Assembly: GCF_009914755.1 (NCBI RefSeq)
Contig: NC_060933.1
DNA: 64,000 nucleotides
Source: the human T2T-CHM13v2.0 reference genome, Homo sapiens
Direction: 5' to 3' (one strand)
Below, piece after piece: positions 62,881 to 64,000 of this stretch (position 1 is the stretch's first letter; each line of letters begins with the position of its first letter). The position numbers and the translations under genes were made by a program. The notes beneath the pieces are model-generated. The model was not told where the DNA came from. It made no database searches and worked only from the letters and a program-made list of their open reading frames with translations.

Positions 62881-63861
62881 TGAATTTTTAACTTTTTTTA
62901 TCAAACGAATTTTCTTGTAATTTCTAGCACAATTATATTTATAACTTAGGAAGTAATCTTCTCCTTGAACCAAGCACAGGATACCTTCAGCTATCTATCT
63001 GTCCCACACATTGCAGTTTCAGCCTATATATAATTTTAATAGCTACCAAATATCAGGATAAAATTATCCTGGCTATACTTGCCACAGAACCCATGAACTT
63101 ACACTGTAGCCCAACTTCCCTTCCTGTTCTTCAGACTAAATCTACTGAAAAACACACAACCAATCAAAATCGTATGCCCTTTTCTCTCCTCTTCCCAGTA
63201 AGTAGTTGGGGCAAAAAACGGTAGGTATAGAAGAAATCGCTTGAAATACAAGAGTCAGAAAATCTGAATTTAAGTTCAGCTAAGTTCAGCTCTGCCCTGA
63301 TTATGTATTCGTGGTCAAGCCAGTCACCCTGTTTAAGTCTTACTTCTCTGTAAAAGGACGACTAAATATACCCTCTCCATCTCAGATGTGAAAAAGCGCT
63401 CTGCAAACAGCACAAGGTATAGGCCAAAGTATCCTAGTCTCTGATGGTGCTGCTCCACAGGTACAGACAAGTAGTTCAGACAAGATCCTCTCACTACCCA
63501 AACTCTTGCCTACTTGTCAACCAGCAGTATATGTGTGCAAGATGTCTGGATAAAGTTAACCCATAACCCAGGGTTAAAAGAAGGCCTTTTCTGCATGTAA
63601 GTGTCATCAGACTGGATGGGAAATATCATTCACTCTAGGTCCATCAGTAGCAACTCCAAACACTTGAGTCACCTCCCAAACAAGAAGTTGCTATTATACT
63701 CTGTAGTGGGGTAGGACACAGGGTAAGGCTTTGGGATTATAAGCTTCCAAGGTGAAGAATAATGACATAGCAAATAATCAGTGGGGCCCCATCTGATCAA
63801 TGAACTTAAATCATTTTGTCAAGACGTCCCTTCCTTTTCCTGCTTCCAGCCAATCTTAAAT

Positions 63862-64000
63862 ATTTCTTTAAACAGCTTTGTTTAGGTATAATTCACATGC
63901 AATTAAATTCGCCTGTTGTAAGTGTATAATTCAATGACTTTTATTCATTCATTTATAGACTTGTGCAAGCATCACCAAAATCTAATTTCGAACCTTTGCA
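63862..64000 (-). mobile_element. L1M 3' end fragment
   Basis: AACAGCTTT...GGTATAATTCACAT...AAGTGTATAATTCAATG. Confidence 0.65.

Overview
Primate (most likely human) intronic DNA with no credible protein-coding exon. The clearest functional elements are two + strand pre-miRNA hairpins 1.27 kb apart, recognised from memory as mir-181a-2 (56690-56799) and mir-181b-2 (57958-58046). This places the window in the MIR181A2HG locus, which lies antisense within a very long NR6A1 (GCNF) intron; that context is recalled knowledge and no NR6A1 exon is visible. The host lncRNA can be traced in the sequence: a CCAAT/TATA promoter in a repeat-free island near 22.6 kb, exon 1 ending at a GTAAGC donor (22989|22990), a ~39.5 kb intron carrying both miRNAs, and a terminal exon (~62567-62880) with AATAAA. 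The rest is about 36 Alu elements, nested L1s, MIR/L2, an MST LTR and DNA-transposon fossils (MER20, MER30, MER3, Tigger2a, Charlie, MER44). Best leads: (1) the candidate TATA box is the spacer of a perfect DR5 retinoic-acid element that also overlaps a RORE, with a D-box and an E-box nearby; (2) a 55-codon first-ATG ORF in exon 1 that would escape NMD (candidate miPEP); (3) a ~98% identical ~100 bp inverted copy of ancient MIR sequence beside two inverted Alus; (4) minus-strand recursive-splice and clustered-donor motifs. Repeat boundaries and subfamilies were assigned by eye and are approximate. No wholly new biological system can be claimed from the sequence alone.
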